The translations under genes and the position numbers were made by a program. A stretch of DNA of 61,786 bases, from assembly GCA_050008535.1 (NCBI GenBank), contig JBEKML010000003.1, positions 1-61,786 on the forward strand, in the 5' to 3' direction. Position 1 is the stretch's first letter. Every line of letters starts with the position of its first letter. Below are positions 28,649 to 37,550 of the stretch, in pieces. The DNA comes from Minisyncoccia bacterium (GTDB taxonomy: Bacteria; Patescibacteriota; Minisyncoccia; UBA6257; 2-01-FULL-56-20). The notes beneath the pieces were generated by a model that worked only from the letters and a program-made list of their open reading frames with translations, searched no databases and had not been told where the DNA came from.

Positions 28649-30364
28649 ATGCGAATTACCGAACTTAGAATTAAAAACTTCAGGTCGATTAAAGATTCTG
28701 GCGAAATAGCCAAGATTACCAAAATCTTTGCACTTATTGGTCGTAACAATACTGGGAAATCTGCGTTCCTTAAAGCGATACAGGTACTCTTCCTTAAGAG
28801 ATCAATTGACGCTGACGACTTCCACAAGAGCAGCGCAGAAGATATTGAAATTACTGGCACCATAGAAACAGGTTTTGGCGAGGACAAAAAGGAAATCAAA
28901 CTTAAAGTTACTTGCTCTAAAGTTGACTTGAAAACAACCTACAATATCGATGGAAAAGAGCAAACAAAAGCAAACTATTCAAATGAACTGCCAGAATTAT
29001 TATCAATAAATGATATTAGAAATCCGGGTGAATCTACGACCGAGGGCCAAAAAGCAACACTACTCAAGCAGATCATGAAACTTAAGATGGCAAAGGCGGG
29101 CGAGAAAGTTCAAGAACTCACAGAGGCCATCACCAAACTCAAGACAGAAGAATCTAAAGACATTTCAGGGATAATCACTCTGAAATTTCAAGAAATCTTG
29201 AACGAAAATAATCTTTCTATCTCGATTTCGCCAACCGTAGAATTAGAAAAGAGCGTTACATACAGAACGACTGTTACGGATGAAAATATTCCGAACGCTA
29301 AAAACGTGGATATTCTAAACTCAGGAACCGGACTTCAGAGTATGTATATTTTGGCATTACTAGAGGTTTGGGCCGAGATGTCTGAGAAATCAGATAACGC
29401 AATACTATTAGTCGAAGAGCCTGAAGTTTATTTACACCCCGATTACCAGAGAAGAATGTTTGCTGCTTTGCGTAGAATAGCCGACAACAATCAAGTCATT
29501 TTTACAACTCATTCTCCAATTATGATCGCTGATATCTGGTTGACGCAGAGTGTCCGTCAGGTCAGACTCAACGCCGAAGGAGAAACACAAATCGAAGTTA
29601 TAAAAATAGAAACCGTCATCGACGAGCTCGGCATAAGATACGAAGACGTTCTAAATCCAAGTCTAGTTATTTTCGTAGAAGGTAAGGATGACGTGCAATT
29701 TTATAAACATTTAGGAATCGAGAATGAAAAGCTCGTCATTATTTCTGCGGATGGATTCAGGGCTATTCATTATTTTGCTTTTATCAAGATTATTTCGAGC
29801 GAGCATGTAAATAACAATTTCTTCCTAATTGTTGATAGCGACGGCAGGTCCAAAGAAGAACGCATAAAACAAATAAAAGAAGATATCATTGGACAATTTA
29901 AAACACCACCGGCCAATTTAGAGGAAAGAATAGCAGACAATATTTTTGTGTTAACAGAATATTCTATAGAGTCATACTTCTTAAATGAAACAATTCTCCA
30001 AAAAGCATTTCCTAAAATAAACGCAGCCGACATAAAACAATTTCTCGAAGAGTATAAGGGAAAATATGAAGAGAAGCTCAAGGAACACAAGGCGGGCAGG
30101 ATCACCTTGGTTGAATTTCTAAAATACCTTAAACCGAAGCTTTGCTTCGAGGCGTTTATTGATCCGAGATTTGAAGCAGCCTACCGAGACTTTTGGGCTA
30201 AGCAGCCAAATTTCATTAAGGTTAGAGATATTATCTCTGAACAATGCGTTCGAATGGAAAAAGAGGGTAGAAGTTGGTTAACCTATATCTTAGCCAATTC
30301 CAAACTAGAGGAAATCAAAGAGCTATCTGACCTCAAGAAAATGATTTTTGGAAAACTGCGCTAA
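28649..30364 (+). CDS. OLD-family nuclease (N-terminal ABC-type ATPase + C-terminal Toprim / DUF4435-like)
   Basis: 571 aa. Walker A GRNNTGKSAF, Walker B ILLVEEPEVYLHP, FTTHSP, then VIFVEGKDDVQFY and FLIVDSDG (Toprim E and DxD). Confidence 0.8.
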   Translation: MRITELRIKNFRSIKDSGEIAKITKIFALIGRNNTGKSAFLKAIQVLFLKRSIDADDFHKSSAEDIEITGTIETGFGEDKKEIKLKVTCSKVDLKTTYNIDGKEQTKANYSNELPELLSINDIRNPGESTTEGQKATLLKQIMKLKMAKAGEKVQELTEAITKLKTEESKDISGIITLKFQEILNENNLSISISPTVELEKSVTYRTTVTDENIPNAKNVDILNSGTGLQSMYILALLEVWAEMSEKSDNAILLVEEPEVYLHPDYQRRMFAALRRIADNNQVIFTTHSPIMIADIWLTQSVRQVRLNAEGETQIEVIKIETVIDELGIRYEDVLNPSLVIFVEGKDDVQFYKHLGIENEKLVIISADGFRAIHYFAFIKIISSEHVNNNFFLIVDSDGRSKEERIKQIKEDIIGQFKTPPANLEERIADNIFVLTEYSIESYFLNETILQKAFPKINAADIKQFLEEYKGKYEEKLKEHKAGRITLVEFLKYLKPKLCFEAFIDPRFEAAYRDFWAKQPNFIKVRDIISEQCVRMEKEGRSWLTYILANSKLEEIKELSDLKKMIFGKLR

Positions 30365-30379
30365 CCCATCCTCAAGTCT

Positions 30380-31696
30380 TTGTTCAATAAAGTAACCAAA
30401 GAATCAACATACGACAAAGGTATGAAAGGAGAAGCGGAATCTAATTCAAGTGCGAAAGATGTCTTAACTGTAAGCTCATATCTTGACGCCCTAAACGTTC
30501 ATATTCAGGGACTTCGGGCAAAAATCGTTGGCGAAATTTCGGATTTACAGACCTACCCTCGCTACCTATTCTTCTCCCTCAGGGACAAGAAGGGTGACAG
30601 TATACTGAAATGCTTCATGTATAACAAAGCTTACCAATTGAGCGGCTTAAAATTAGAGAATGGCCTTGAAGTGATTGCCCATGGTTATCCCTGGATCTAC
30701 AAGTCACGGGGAAACATGACCTTCCAGACTGAGCTTTTGGAATTGGTCGGAGAGGGAGCACTAAAGAAAGCCTATGATGAGCTAAAAGCCAAACTTGAGA
30801 CAGAGGGCCTGTTCGCCCCACAGCGCAAGCGGATTATTCCAGAGTATCCACAGAAAATAGGAATCGTTACTTCTAGAAATGGCGCTGTTATTGACGACTT
30901 TCTTAGTAACATCGGTAATTTTGGCTATCAGACGAAACTCATCGATTCCAAAGTTGAAGGGCAAATTGCGGTAAAGGATTTACTTGCTGCGGTAAAAGCA
31001 TTTCGCAAAGAAAATATCGATGTTCTCGTCATTATGCGCGGCGGTGGATCGCTGGAATCTTTTATGGCTTTCAATAACGAAATCTTGGTTAGGGAAATTG
31101 CCACTTTTCCGGTACCAGTAATCGCAGGCATAGGTCACGACAGGGATGTGTGTCTCGTAGCACTCGCAGCGGATGCTATGGTATCGACGGCAACTGCGGT
31201 AGCTGAGCTTTTGAACCGATCCTGGAACCAAGCTTTATCTAAAGTTCTTCTAGCTGAGAGCAAGATGGTCTCAGGGTATGAAGGTGTTCTTTCTGAGACA
31301 AAAATGGAGATCGGCAATGCTTCGGTGACCATTAAGGAAAAATTCGGGGCAATCTTTGAGAAATTTCGGGACGCAGAGGAATATTTTAAGACCGTTGTAG
31401 GCAAGATCGATAGTAGACTCTCCCAGCTAAGGAATGAGGTGAATAGATTTTCAACCTCCATGATCAAACTTTTCGAATATAAGTTTATCAATCACTTAAA
31501 AAATGGTATTCTTTCTAAAGAAAGGGAGTTGATTCTCAACGACCCTCGCAGACAGCTCAAACTAGGCTATAGTATTGCGATGAGTGGCGGCAGAATAACA
31601 AAGAGCATTAAAGGCTTAAAAGTAGGAGATCCCCTTATGGTAAAGTTGCAAGATGGAGATGTCGGCTCCACAATAGACAGTATAAAAAATGGCTAA
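30380..31696 (+). CDS. xseA: exodeoxyribonuclease VII large subunit
   Basis: 438 aa (TTG at 30380, alternative ATG at 30422). OB-fold region with YLFFSLRDK; IGIVTSRNGAVIDD, IMRGGGSLESF, AGIGHDRD. Confidence 0.85.
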   Translation: MFNKVTKESTYDKGMKGEAESNSSAKDVLTVSSYLDALNVHIQGLRAKIVGEISDLQTYPRYLFFSLRDKKGDSILKCFMYNKAYQLSGLKLENGLEVIAHGYPWIYKSRGNMTFQTELLELVGEGALKKAYDELKAKLETEGLFAPQRKRIIPEYPQKIGIVTSRNGAVIDDFLSNIGNFGYQTKLIDSKVEGQIAVKDLLAAVKAFRKENIDVLVIMRGGGSLESFMAFNNEILVREIATFPVPVIAGIGHDRDVCLVALAADAMVSTATAVAELLNRSWNQALSKVLLAESKMVSGYEGVLSETKMEIGNASVTIKEKFGAIFEKFRDAEEYFKTVVGKIDSRLSQLRNEVNRFSTSMIKLFEYKFINHLKNGILSKERELILNDPRRQLKLGYSIAMSGGRITKSIKGLKVGDPLMVKLQDGDVGSTIDSIKNG

Positions 31697-31967
31697 ACCC
31701 ACACCATCAAAAGTAAACCTAAACGAGTCGCTCAAACAGCTCGCTAAAATCGTAGTGTGGTTTGAAGAGCAGGAGGAGGTCGACGTAGAGAAAGGTCTAG
31801 AATACGTGAAAGAGGGTGTTGAACTTATTAAAACCTGTAAAGCCCGACTTTCGCAGGTTGAAAACGAATTCAAGGAAATAAAAAGAGATTTAGAAGACGA
31901 TGGTGAAGGGGGTGAAGGACCCCAAGAGACGATACCAGAAGGGAACGGAGAAGAACTACCTTTTTAA
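31689..31967 (+). CDS. xseB: exodeoxyribonuclease VII small subunit
   Basis: 92 aa with an 8-nt overlap onto xseA. Helical, with LNESLKQLAKIV..FE......VEKGLEYVKEG.EL...C; acidic tail. Confidence 0.75.
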   Translation: MAKPTPSKVNLNESLKQLAKIVVWFEEQEEVDVEKGLEYVKEGVELIKTCKARLSQVENEFKEIKRDLEDDGEGGEGPQETIPEGNGEELPF

Positions 31968-32059
31968 TTTAAAATGTAAAAGAGGTTTCGGGAGGCATTG
32001 ATCGGCAAGATAGAGTAACGAAAGGATATGACATTTTAATGTTGGAAAAGGGCTGAAAC

Positions 32060-32076
32060 AGTTCGAACATCGTCCA
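32060..32076 (+). repeat. boundary motif copy C (AGTTCGAACATCGTCCA)
   Basis: Identical 17-mer to 2828-2844. It lies at the GC shift between the island and element copy 2. Confidence 0.8.
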
Positions 32077-32086
32077 AGTCTGCCAG

Positions 32087-32230
32087 GGAGCAAGCATAAC
32101 CTCTCGTAAGGGCGTCCCGGAGCCACGGCGGCTTGAAGCAACCTTTAGGTTGCTTGCCGTGGCGAGGGAGAGGCGCGTTTCCCTGTTGGAGGAAACGACG
32201 CCGTCCCTTACAAGGGGTTTTGCTTGCTCC
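32087..32230 (-). repeat. 144-nt structured palindromic element, copy 2 (inverted)
   Basis: The reverse complement matches 28334-28477 at 137/144. The central ~105 nt differ at one position, which is a loop position. Confidence 0.8.
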
Positions 32231-32280
32231 GTGGCCGCTGGTTAGAATTCTAACGAAAAATGAGCTAAAATAGGGGATAT

Positions 32281-33756
32281 ATGGCGAAACCTATGGAAAA
32301 TCCGCCAAAGGTTCGTGTCCGCATGGCTCCAAGCCCGACGGGGCCGCTCCATGTCGGCGGTGCCCGGACGGCGCTCTTTAACTGGCTCTTTGCCCGCCAG
32401 AAGGGCGGTGCGTTCATTCTACGCATAGAAGACACGGACAAGGAGCGGTCGGAGAAGAAATACGAAGAGGAACTGCTTGCCGGGCTTGCGTGGCTGGGCT
32501 TGGACTGGGACGAGGGACCGCTCGGCAACGGCGGGCGCCTTATGGAGGACGAAGAGGGGCCGTATGGCCCGTATCGCCAAAGCCGGCGGACGGAAATTTA
32601 TAAAAAATACCTTCAGGAATTGATTACTAAAGGCGAGGCGTATTACTGTTATTGCACCAAAGAAGAGCTTGAGGCGCAGCGCGATGCGCTTCTTGCGCAG
32701 GGGCTTCCGCCGAAATACAACGGGCGCTGCCGGAATCTGAAAACGCCGGAGGCAGGGAGAAGGCCGGAGGTCATCCGCTTCAAAGTTCCCGAAACAAAGG
32801 TGGAATTTGAAGACATGGTCCGCGGAAAGGTTTCGTTTGACACCTCGCTTTTCGGCGACATTATTATTGCGAAAGACCTTGAAAATCCGCTCTACAATTT
32901 CGCCGTCGTCGTGGACGACGAGCTGATGAAGATCAGCCATGTGATCCGCGGCGAAGAGCATCTTTCCAATACGCCGAAACAGATCCTTATGCAGCGCGCG
33001 CTTGGATTCCAGGAGCCCGTCTATGCGCACATCCCGCTCATTTTGAATCCCGACCGCAGCAAGATGTCAAAGCGTTTTTCCGACACGGCACTTCTGCAAT
33101 TCAAAGAAAAAGGATACCTGCCGGAGGCGCTTATGAATTTTTTGGCGTTTCTCGGCTGGCACCCAAAGGACGACAGCGAAGTGCTTTCCAAAAAAGAACT
33201 GATCAAGGCGTTTGATCTCACGCGCGTGCAGCAAGCGGGCGCGATCTTCAATCAGGAAAAACTGGATTGGCTGAACCGCGAACACTTGAAGAATACGGAC
33301 GATAAAAAGATCGTGGAACTGCTTGGTCCTTTTCTTCAAAATAAACGTCTTGCCGCCCCCGAGGAATTCCTGAAAAAGGTCATAGCGGTGGAACGCGGCC
33401 GCGCGAGCACGCTGAATGACTTTATAGAGCTTGGGCATTTCTTTTTTGCATTGCCGGAATACGAGCCCTCGCTGCTTGTTTGGAAGGAAAGCACCGCGCC
33501 TGAGGCCCGGGCGGCGCTTGAGGCGGCGCTCGCGGACCTTTCGAAAATTGATCCGATGAATTTTGAGCGGGGGGTCTTATCCGACGCCGTGGCGTCCATT
33601 GTGGGGGACAAAAAGAGGGGAGTGGTGCTCTGGCCGTTGCGTGTGGCCCTTTCTGGGCTCGGGGCCTCTCCGGACCCAGTCGAGATCATGGAAGTGCTCG
33701 GCAAAGAAGAGTCGTTAAAGCGAATAGGCGGCGCGATCGCGAAGCTGAAGAAATAA
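32281..33756 (+). CDS. gltX: glutamate--tRNA ligase
   Basis: 491 aa. Contains PSPTGPLHVGGARTALFN, LRIEDTD and KMSKR. Confidence 0.95.
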   Translation: MAKPMENPPKVRVRMAPSPTGPLHVGGARTALFNWLFARQKGGAFILRIEDTDKERSEKKYEEELLAGLAWLGLDWDEGPLGNGGRLMEDEEGPYGPYRQSRRTEIYKKYLQELITKGEAYYCYCTKEELEAQRDALLAQGLPPKYNGRCRNLKTPEAGRRPEVIRFKVPETKVEFEDMVRGKVSFDTSLFGDIIIAKDLENPLYNFAVVVDDELMKISHVIRGEEHLSNTPKQILMQRALGFQEPVYAHIPLILNPDRSKMSKRFSDTALLQFKEKGYLPEALMNFLAFLGWHPKDDSEVLSKKELIKAFDLTRVQQAGAIFNQEKLDWLNREHLKNTDDKKIVELLGPFLQNKRLAAPEEFLKKVIAVERGRASTLNDFIELGHFFFALPEYEPSLLVWKESTAPEARAALEAALADLSKIDPMNFERGVLSDAVASIVGDKKRGVVLWPLRVALSGLGASPDPVEIMEVLGKEESLKRIGGAIAKLKK

Positions 33757-35054
33757 TGAAAAAGCAACTTTCTGTTTTCGTTGCGATTTTAGGCGCCCTG
33801 CTCTCTGTGGGCTGCGTCGTCGGCGCAAGCGCACATGCGGATACGACGACCTCCACGGTTTCTTCCCTATCCCGCGATGTTCTTCAAAGCCAGATCCAGG
33901 ATAAGGCAAAACAACTTGACGTGATCAACCAGCAGCTTGCGTCAACAACGGCAAGCCTAAAGACCACCACGGCGCAGCGCCAGACGCTCCAGCAACAAGT
34001 AGGCGTCCTGAACGGCAACATCAAGACGTTGAATCTGGGTATCCAGGCGGATACGCTTACCGTCCAACAGCTCCAGCTTGAGATCCAAGGCTTGGGCTAT
34101 GATATTCAGGATATTGAAAGTTCCGTCTCGCTCAAGCAGGCGGCCATTGAGGACATTCTGAAGGAATTCCAGAAGAACGATGCCGGGAACGGGAATCTTC
34201 TTGCGCTCTTTTTGAAAAGCGGCAGTTTGGCGGACGGCGTCCTTGAGGCGCAAAGCTTGAGCAATTTGCAATCGCAACTCTCATCGGACATCGACAACCT
34301 AAAAAGCCTGCACGACCAATACAACGGAAAGCTTCAGGAAAGCTCTACGAAGAGAAATCAGGTTGTGGTGCACCAGGGAGACCTTGCAAACAAAAAAGTG
34401 ATCGTGCAGGACCAGACCGTGCAAAAACAGCAGCTTTTGACGACCACCAAGAACCAGGAAAGCATCTATCAAAAACAACTCTCCGATCTTCAGAAACAGC
34501 AGCAAGAGACCGCAAGCGACATTGAAGCGCTTGATGCCGTTCTGCGGTTGAAGATCGATCCATCAACCCTGCCCGCTATGGTGCCGGGCGTTCTCCTTGT
34601 CCCTATTGCCAACGATACTACGAGAGCCAGCATCACACAGGGCTACGGCGCGACCGACTTCGCAAAGAACGGTTACCAGGGGCATTGGCACAACGGCATT
34701 GACCTCTCCGCGCCCATTGGTACGCCGGTCCTTGCCGCTGATGACGGCACGATCGCTGCGACCGGCAATCAAGACGCTTACTGCCGGAAAGGCGCCTACG
34801 GCAGATTCGTTGTCATTAACCATACGAATTATCTCACAACGCTCTACGGACACCTTTCCAAGATCCTTGTTTCAAAAGGTGATATAGTAAAGAGGGGACA
34901 GGTGATTGGCTATTCGGGCCAGACGGGCTATGCGACGGGTCCGCACCTTCACCTTACGGTCTATGCCCAGGCGACGTTCTATATGGGTCCCTCAAAGGTC
35001 TGCGGCCCAATGCCGTACGGCGGCGATCTGAATCCCATTCCATATCTTTTCTAA
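33756..35054 (+). CDS. M23 peptidase with long coiled-coil N-terminus (EnvC-like)
   Basis: 432 aa. Signal peptide, Q/L-rich coiled coil, HNGIDLSAP.GTPV and GPHLHLTV. Confidence 0.85.
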   Translation: MKKQLSVFVAILGALLSVGCVVGASAHADTTTSTVSSLSRDVLQSQIQDKAKQLDVINQQLASTTASLKTTTAQRQTLQQQVGVLNGNIKTLNLGIQADTLTVQQLQLEIQGLGYDIQDIESSVSLKQAAIEDILKEFQKNDAGNGNLLALFLKSGSLADGVLEAQSLSNLQSQLSSDIDNLKSLHDQYNGKLQESSTKRNQVVVHQGDLANKKVIVQDQTVQKQQLLTTTKNQESIYQKQLSDLQKQQQETASDIEALDAVLRLKIDPSTLPAMVPGVLLVPIANDTTRASITQGYGATDFAKNGYQGHWHNGIDLSAPIGTPVLAADDGTIAATGNQDAYCRKGAYGRFVVINHTNYLTTLYGHLSKILVSKGDIVKRGQVIGYSGQTGYATGPHLHLTVYAQATFYMGPSKVCGPMPYGGDLNPIPYLF

Positions 35055-35055
35055 C

Positions 35056-35469
35056 ATGCGGCGCTTAAAAATCCTTTTCATACTTTTGGCGGTTGCCGGT
35101 TTTGTTCTTATTGTTTCTTCCGATACTACGGAGGCCTATTCGATCTCGGGAGCCAGCCCTCTCCCGCAGCCGCAACAGACCGATTTCGGCGTTTTCACCG
35201 TGCCCTTTGAGAACTTTCTCCACAGCGTTAATTCTGTTAATTCTATAGGCAACGTGGCGCCGCAATTGAACCTTTCTATCCCGCAGCAGGGCGGCGGCTC
35301 GTTCATCACGACCGGCATCCAGAATGCCTTTCAGCAATTTGATAGCTGGCTGTACGGCATTGCCGGATTCCACATCTCCGGATTCTTTACGGCGATCCTG
35401 AGCATCTTTTCGTGGCTCCTGGGGATCGTGAAGAGCATAGTGGACTGGCTGCTAGGCGCTATTAAGTAG
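35056..35469 (+). CDS. small secreted/membrane protein
   Basis: 137 aa. N-terminal signal anchor and a C-terminal hydrophobic helix. It sits between two M23 genes. Confidence 0.5.
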   Translation: MRRLKILFILLAVAGFVLIVSSDTTEAYSISGASPLPQPQQTDFGVFTVPFENFLHSVNSVNSIGNVAPQLNLSIPQQGGGSFITTGIQNAFQQFDSWLYGIAGFHISGFFTAILSIFSWLLGIVKSIVDWLLGAIK

Positions 35470-35584
35470 GAAGGTATAAGCACGCCATACTTATACGACG
35501 TAAAATATATCTTGTGCGACAGGTAGTATCTTGCTAAACCACTCCTTCCCTGCCGTGCCTGGATTACTATAGAATCAAATAGTA

Positions 35585-36202
35585 ATGGCAAGATTCATTG
35601 GTTTTGTATTTATCGTTTTCTGCGGGCTCGTTATGATCAATTACCTCTTTGCTCTGGCCGGACATGCCTTCTCCGGCGGAGGCTTGGCATATCTGAACCA
35701 GGGCTCTGACCAGCTCGCTTCTATTGATTTCAGCTTTTTCGGCAAAAATGGCACAGGAAGGAGCTATATTACCCAGGGATATGGCTGGACATCATTTTCT
35801 TATGCCTACAAAGGCGATCGACATGATGGTATTGATATTGCCGCGGCTTATGGCGCACCGGTCTATTCGCCCGGCGATGGCACGGTATTCGCCGTCGGAA
35901 ATCAGGATGATTATTGTTTCCGGCGCGGCTTCGGAAAATACGTGGCGGTAAAAGATGGCACTAACCATCTTATATTATGGTTTGCGCACTTGGGAACTAT
36001 CGCTGTTTCGCCCGGTGATACCGTAAAAACGGGCACGCTCATCGGCACGGTCGGCACGACGGGTTTTGAAACAGGCACTCATCTTCACTTTTCCATTTTT
36101 AATGAAAATGGTTTTTCTATGACCCAGCGGAATGGTTGCGGACCTGATCCCACCGGCCGCGACCTTGATCCCCTGTCATATCTGGGAACCACCTATAAAT
36201 GA
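35585..36202 (+). CDS. M23 family metallopeptidase
   Basis: 205 aa. Contains HDGIDIAAAYGAPV and GTHLHFSIF. Confidence 0.85.
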   Translation: MARFIGFVFIVFCGLVMINYLFALAGHAFSGGGLAYLNQGSDQLASIDFSFFGKNGTGRSYITQGYGWTSFSYAYKGDRHDGIDIAAAYGAPVYSPGDGTVFAVGNQDDYCFRRGFGKYVAVKDGTNHLILWFAHLGTIAVSPGDTVKTGTLIGTVGTTGFETGTHLHFSIFNENGFSMTQRNGCGPDPTGRDLDPLSYLGTTYK

Positions 36203-37533
36203 AGCAAAATAAAGCCCATTTTATTGGCGTCGGGGGCATTGGCATGAGCGCTTTGGCCCGTTACTTTCTTGCCAAAAAATGGGCTGTTTCGGGCTCCGAT
36301 CTTGTAAGAAGCCAGATTACCAAAGCCCTGGGAAAGGAAGGCGTAATGGTCAAAATTGGGCATAAAAAGGGCAATATAAGCCGGAATCTGGACCTTGTAG
36401 TATATAACCGTGCCATTTTACCAGGGAACCCAGAGCTTATTGCGGCAAGGGCTTTGGGCGTTCGCGCGCTCCCCTATGCCGAGGTGCTTGGGGAGATCAC
36501 GAGATCTTACTTCGCGGTCGCCGTGACCGGATCCCACGGCAAGAGCACGACGACCGCGCTCGCAGGGCTCGCGCTCATGAAGGGCGGTCTCGATCCCGTT
36601 GTTATGGTAGGAACGAACCTCGCCGAGTTCGGCGGCAAAAATATACGCATCGGGCATGGCCATCATCTTGTGTTTGAAGCCGACGATTTCGGTGGGGCAT
36701 TCACGCACTACTCCCCTTCTGTCGCCATCGTCACAAATATTGACCGCGAGCATCTGGATTTTTATAAAAACTTCGCCAATCTGAAGAAGGCGTTTTTGAA
36801 GTTCCTTAAAAGCACGCGCTTGGGCGGAACATTCATTTTGAATCGCGACGACAAACCGCTCTATTCGCTCCGGGCGCGGATCGCGGGTATCGCGCAGAAG
36901 AAAAACATTCGTATTTTCTGGTATTCTTTGCGCGATCCGGAAGCAAAAAAAATAAAACGCGTGATAAAGATCCCGGGCGCGCATAACATTTCAAATGCAC
37001 TTGCGGTCTATAAACTCGGGAAGGTGCTCGATATTCCGGAGCGCACGGTGCTTACGGCCATCGGTGCTTACCGCGGCGCCTGGCGGCGGATGGAGTATCG
37101 CGGAAAGTTTGGCGGTGCGCTTGTTTACGACGACTACGCGCACCACCCGACGGAGATCAAAGCGACCCTTCAGGCATTCCGCGAAAAATATCCGCATAAA
37201 AAGATCGTCTGCGTCTTCCAGCCGCACCAGGCAAAGCGCCTCAAAGCGCTCTTTGGTGAGTTCACGACGGCATTCAAAGATGCCGATAAAACGCTGCTGC
37301 TCCCTATTTATAAGGTTGCCGGAAGGGATGAGAAGCCCGGCCGGTTTGATTCGGAAGCTCTCGCGCGGGCCGTCCAGAAGCGCGAGCCGAAAAAATTATT
37401 CTTTTATCTCGCCGAACCTCATAATCTTAAAAACGCTCTCTGCGCGCTTGCCATTCCCCTCTCCCAGCACGTCATTATCATGATGGGCGCCGGCGACATC
37501 GTAAATCTTACCGACTCGCTTATAAAAAAATAA
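36199..37533 (+). CDS. murC: UDP-N-acetylmuramate--L-alanine ligase
   Basis: 444 aa. Contains HFIGVGGIGMSALA and GSHGKSTTT, plus Mur ligase middle and C-terminal domains. Confidence 0.9.
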   Translation: MKQNKAHFIGVGGIGMSALARYFLAKKWAVSGSDLVRSQITKALGKEGVMVKIGHKKGNISRNLDLVVYNRAILPGNPELIAARALGVRALPYAEVLGEITRSYFAVAVTGSHGKSTTTALAGLALMKGGLDPVVMVGTNLAEFGGKNIRIGHGHHLVFEADDFGGAFTHYSPSVAIVTNIDREHLDFYKNFANLKKAFLKFLKSTRLGGTFILNRDDKPLYSLRARIAGIAQKKNIRIFWYSLRDPEAKKIKRVIKIPGAHNISNALAVYKLGKVLDIPERTVLTAIGAYRGAWRRMEYRGKFGGALVYDDYAHHPTEIKATLQAFREKYPHKKIVCVFQPHQAKRLKALFGEFTTAFKDADKTLLLPIYKVAGRDEKPGRFDSEALARAVQKREPKKLFFYLAEPHNLKNALCALAIPLSQHVIIMMGAGDIVNLTDSLIKK

Positions 37534-37550
37534 TACGCTATCATTCCAGC

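Larger units (their letters stand above)
28478..32086. mobile_element. putative acquired low-GC island (OLD nuclease, xseA, xseB) between inverted elements
   Basis: Hand-counted lines give 37-43% GC inside against 53-55% in murG and gltX. The island is flanked by the inverted 144-nt elements. No recombinase is seen. Confidence 0.4.

Noticed and set aside
28334-32230. Retron msr/msd, integron attC pair, or IS110-type bridge RNA as explanations for the structured elements
   Set aside because: No reverse transcriptase, integron integrase or DEDD/IS110 recombinase is present in or next to the island. attC sites flank cassettes in direct, not inverted, orientation. These remain untested rather than disproved.
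32087-32280. Element copy 2 as a T-box leader or other riboswitch for gltX
   Set aside because: No T-box consensus (AGGGTGGNACCGCG), specifier-loop or antiterminator arrangement is visible. An identical element sits after murG, facing the other way.
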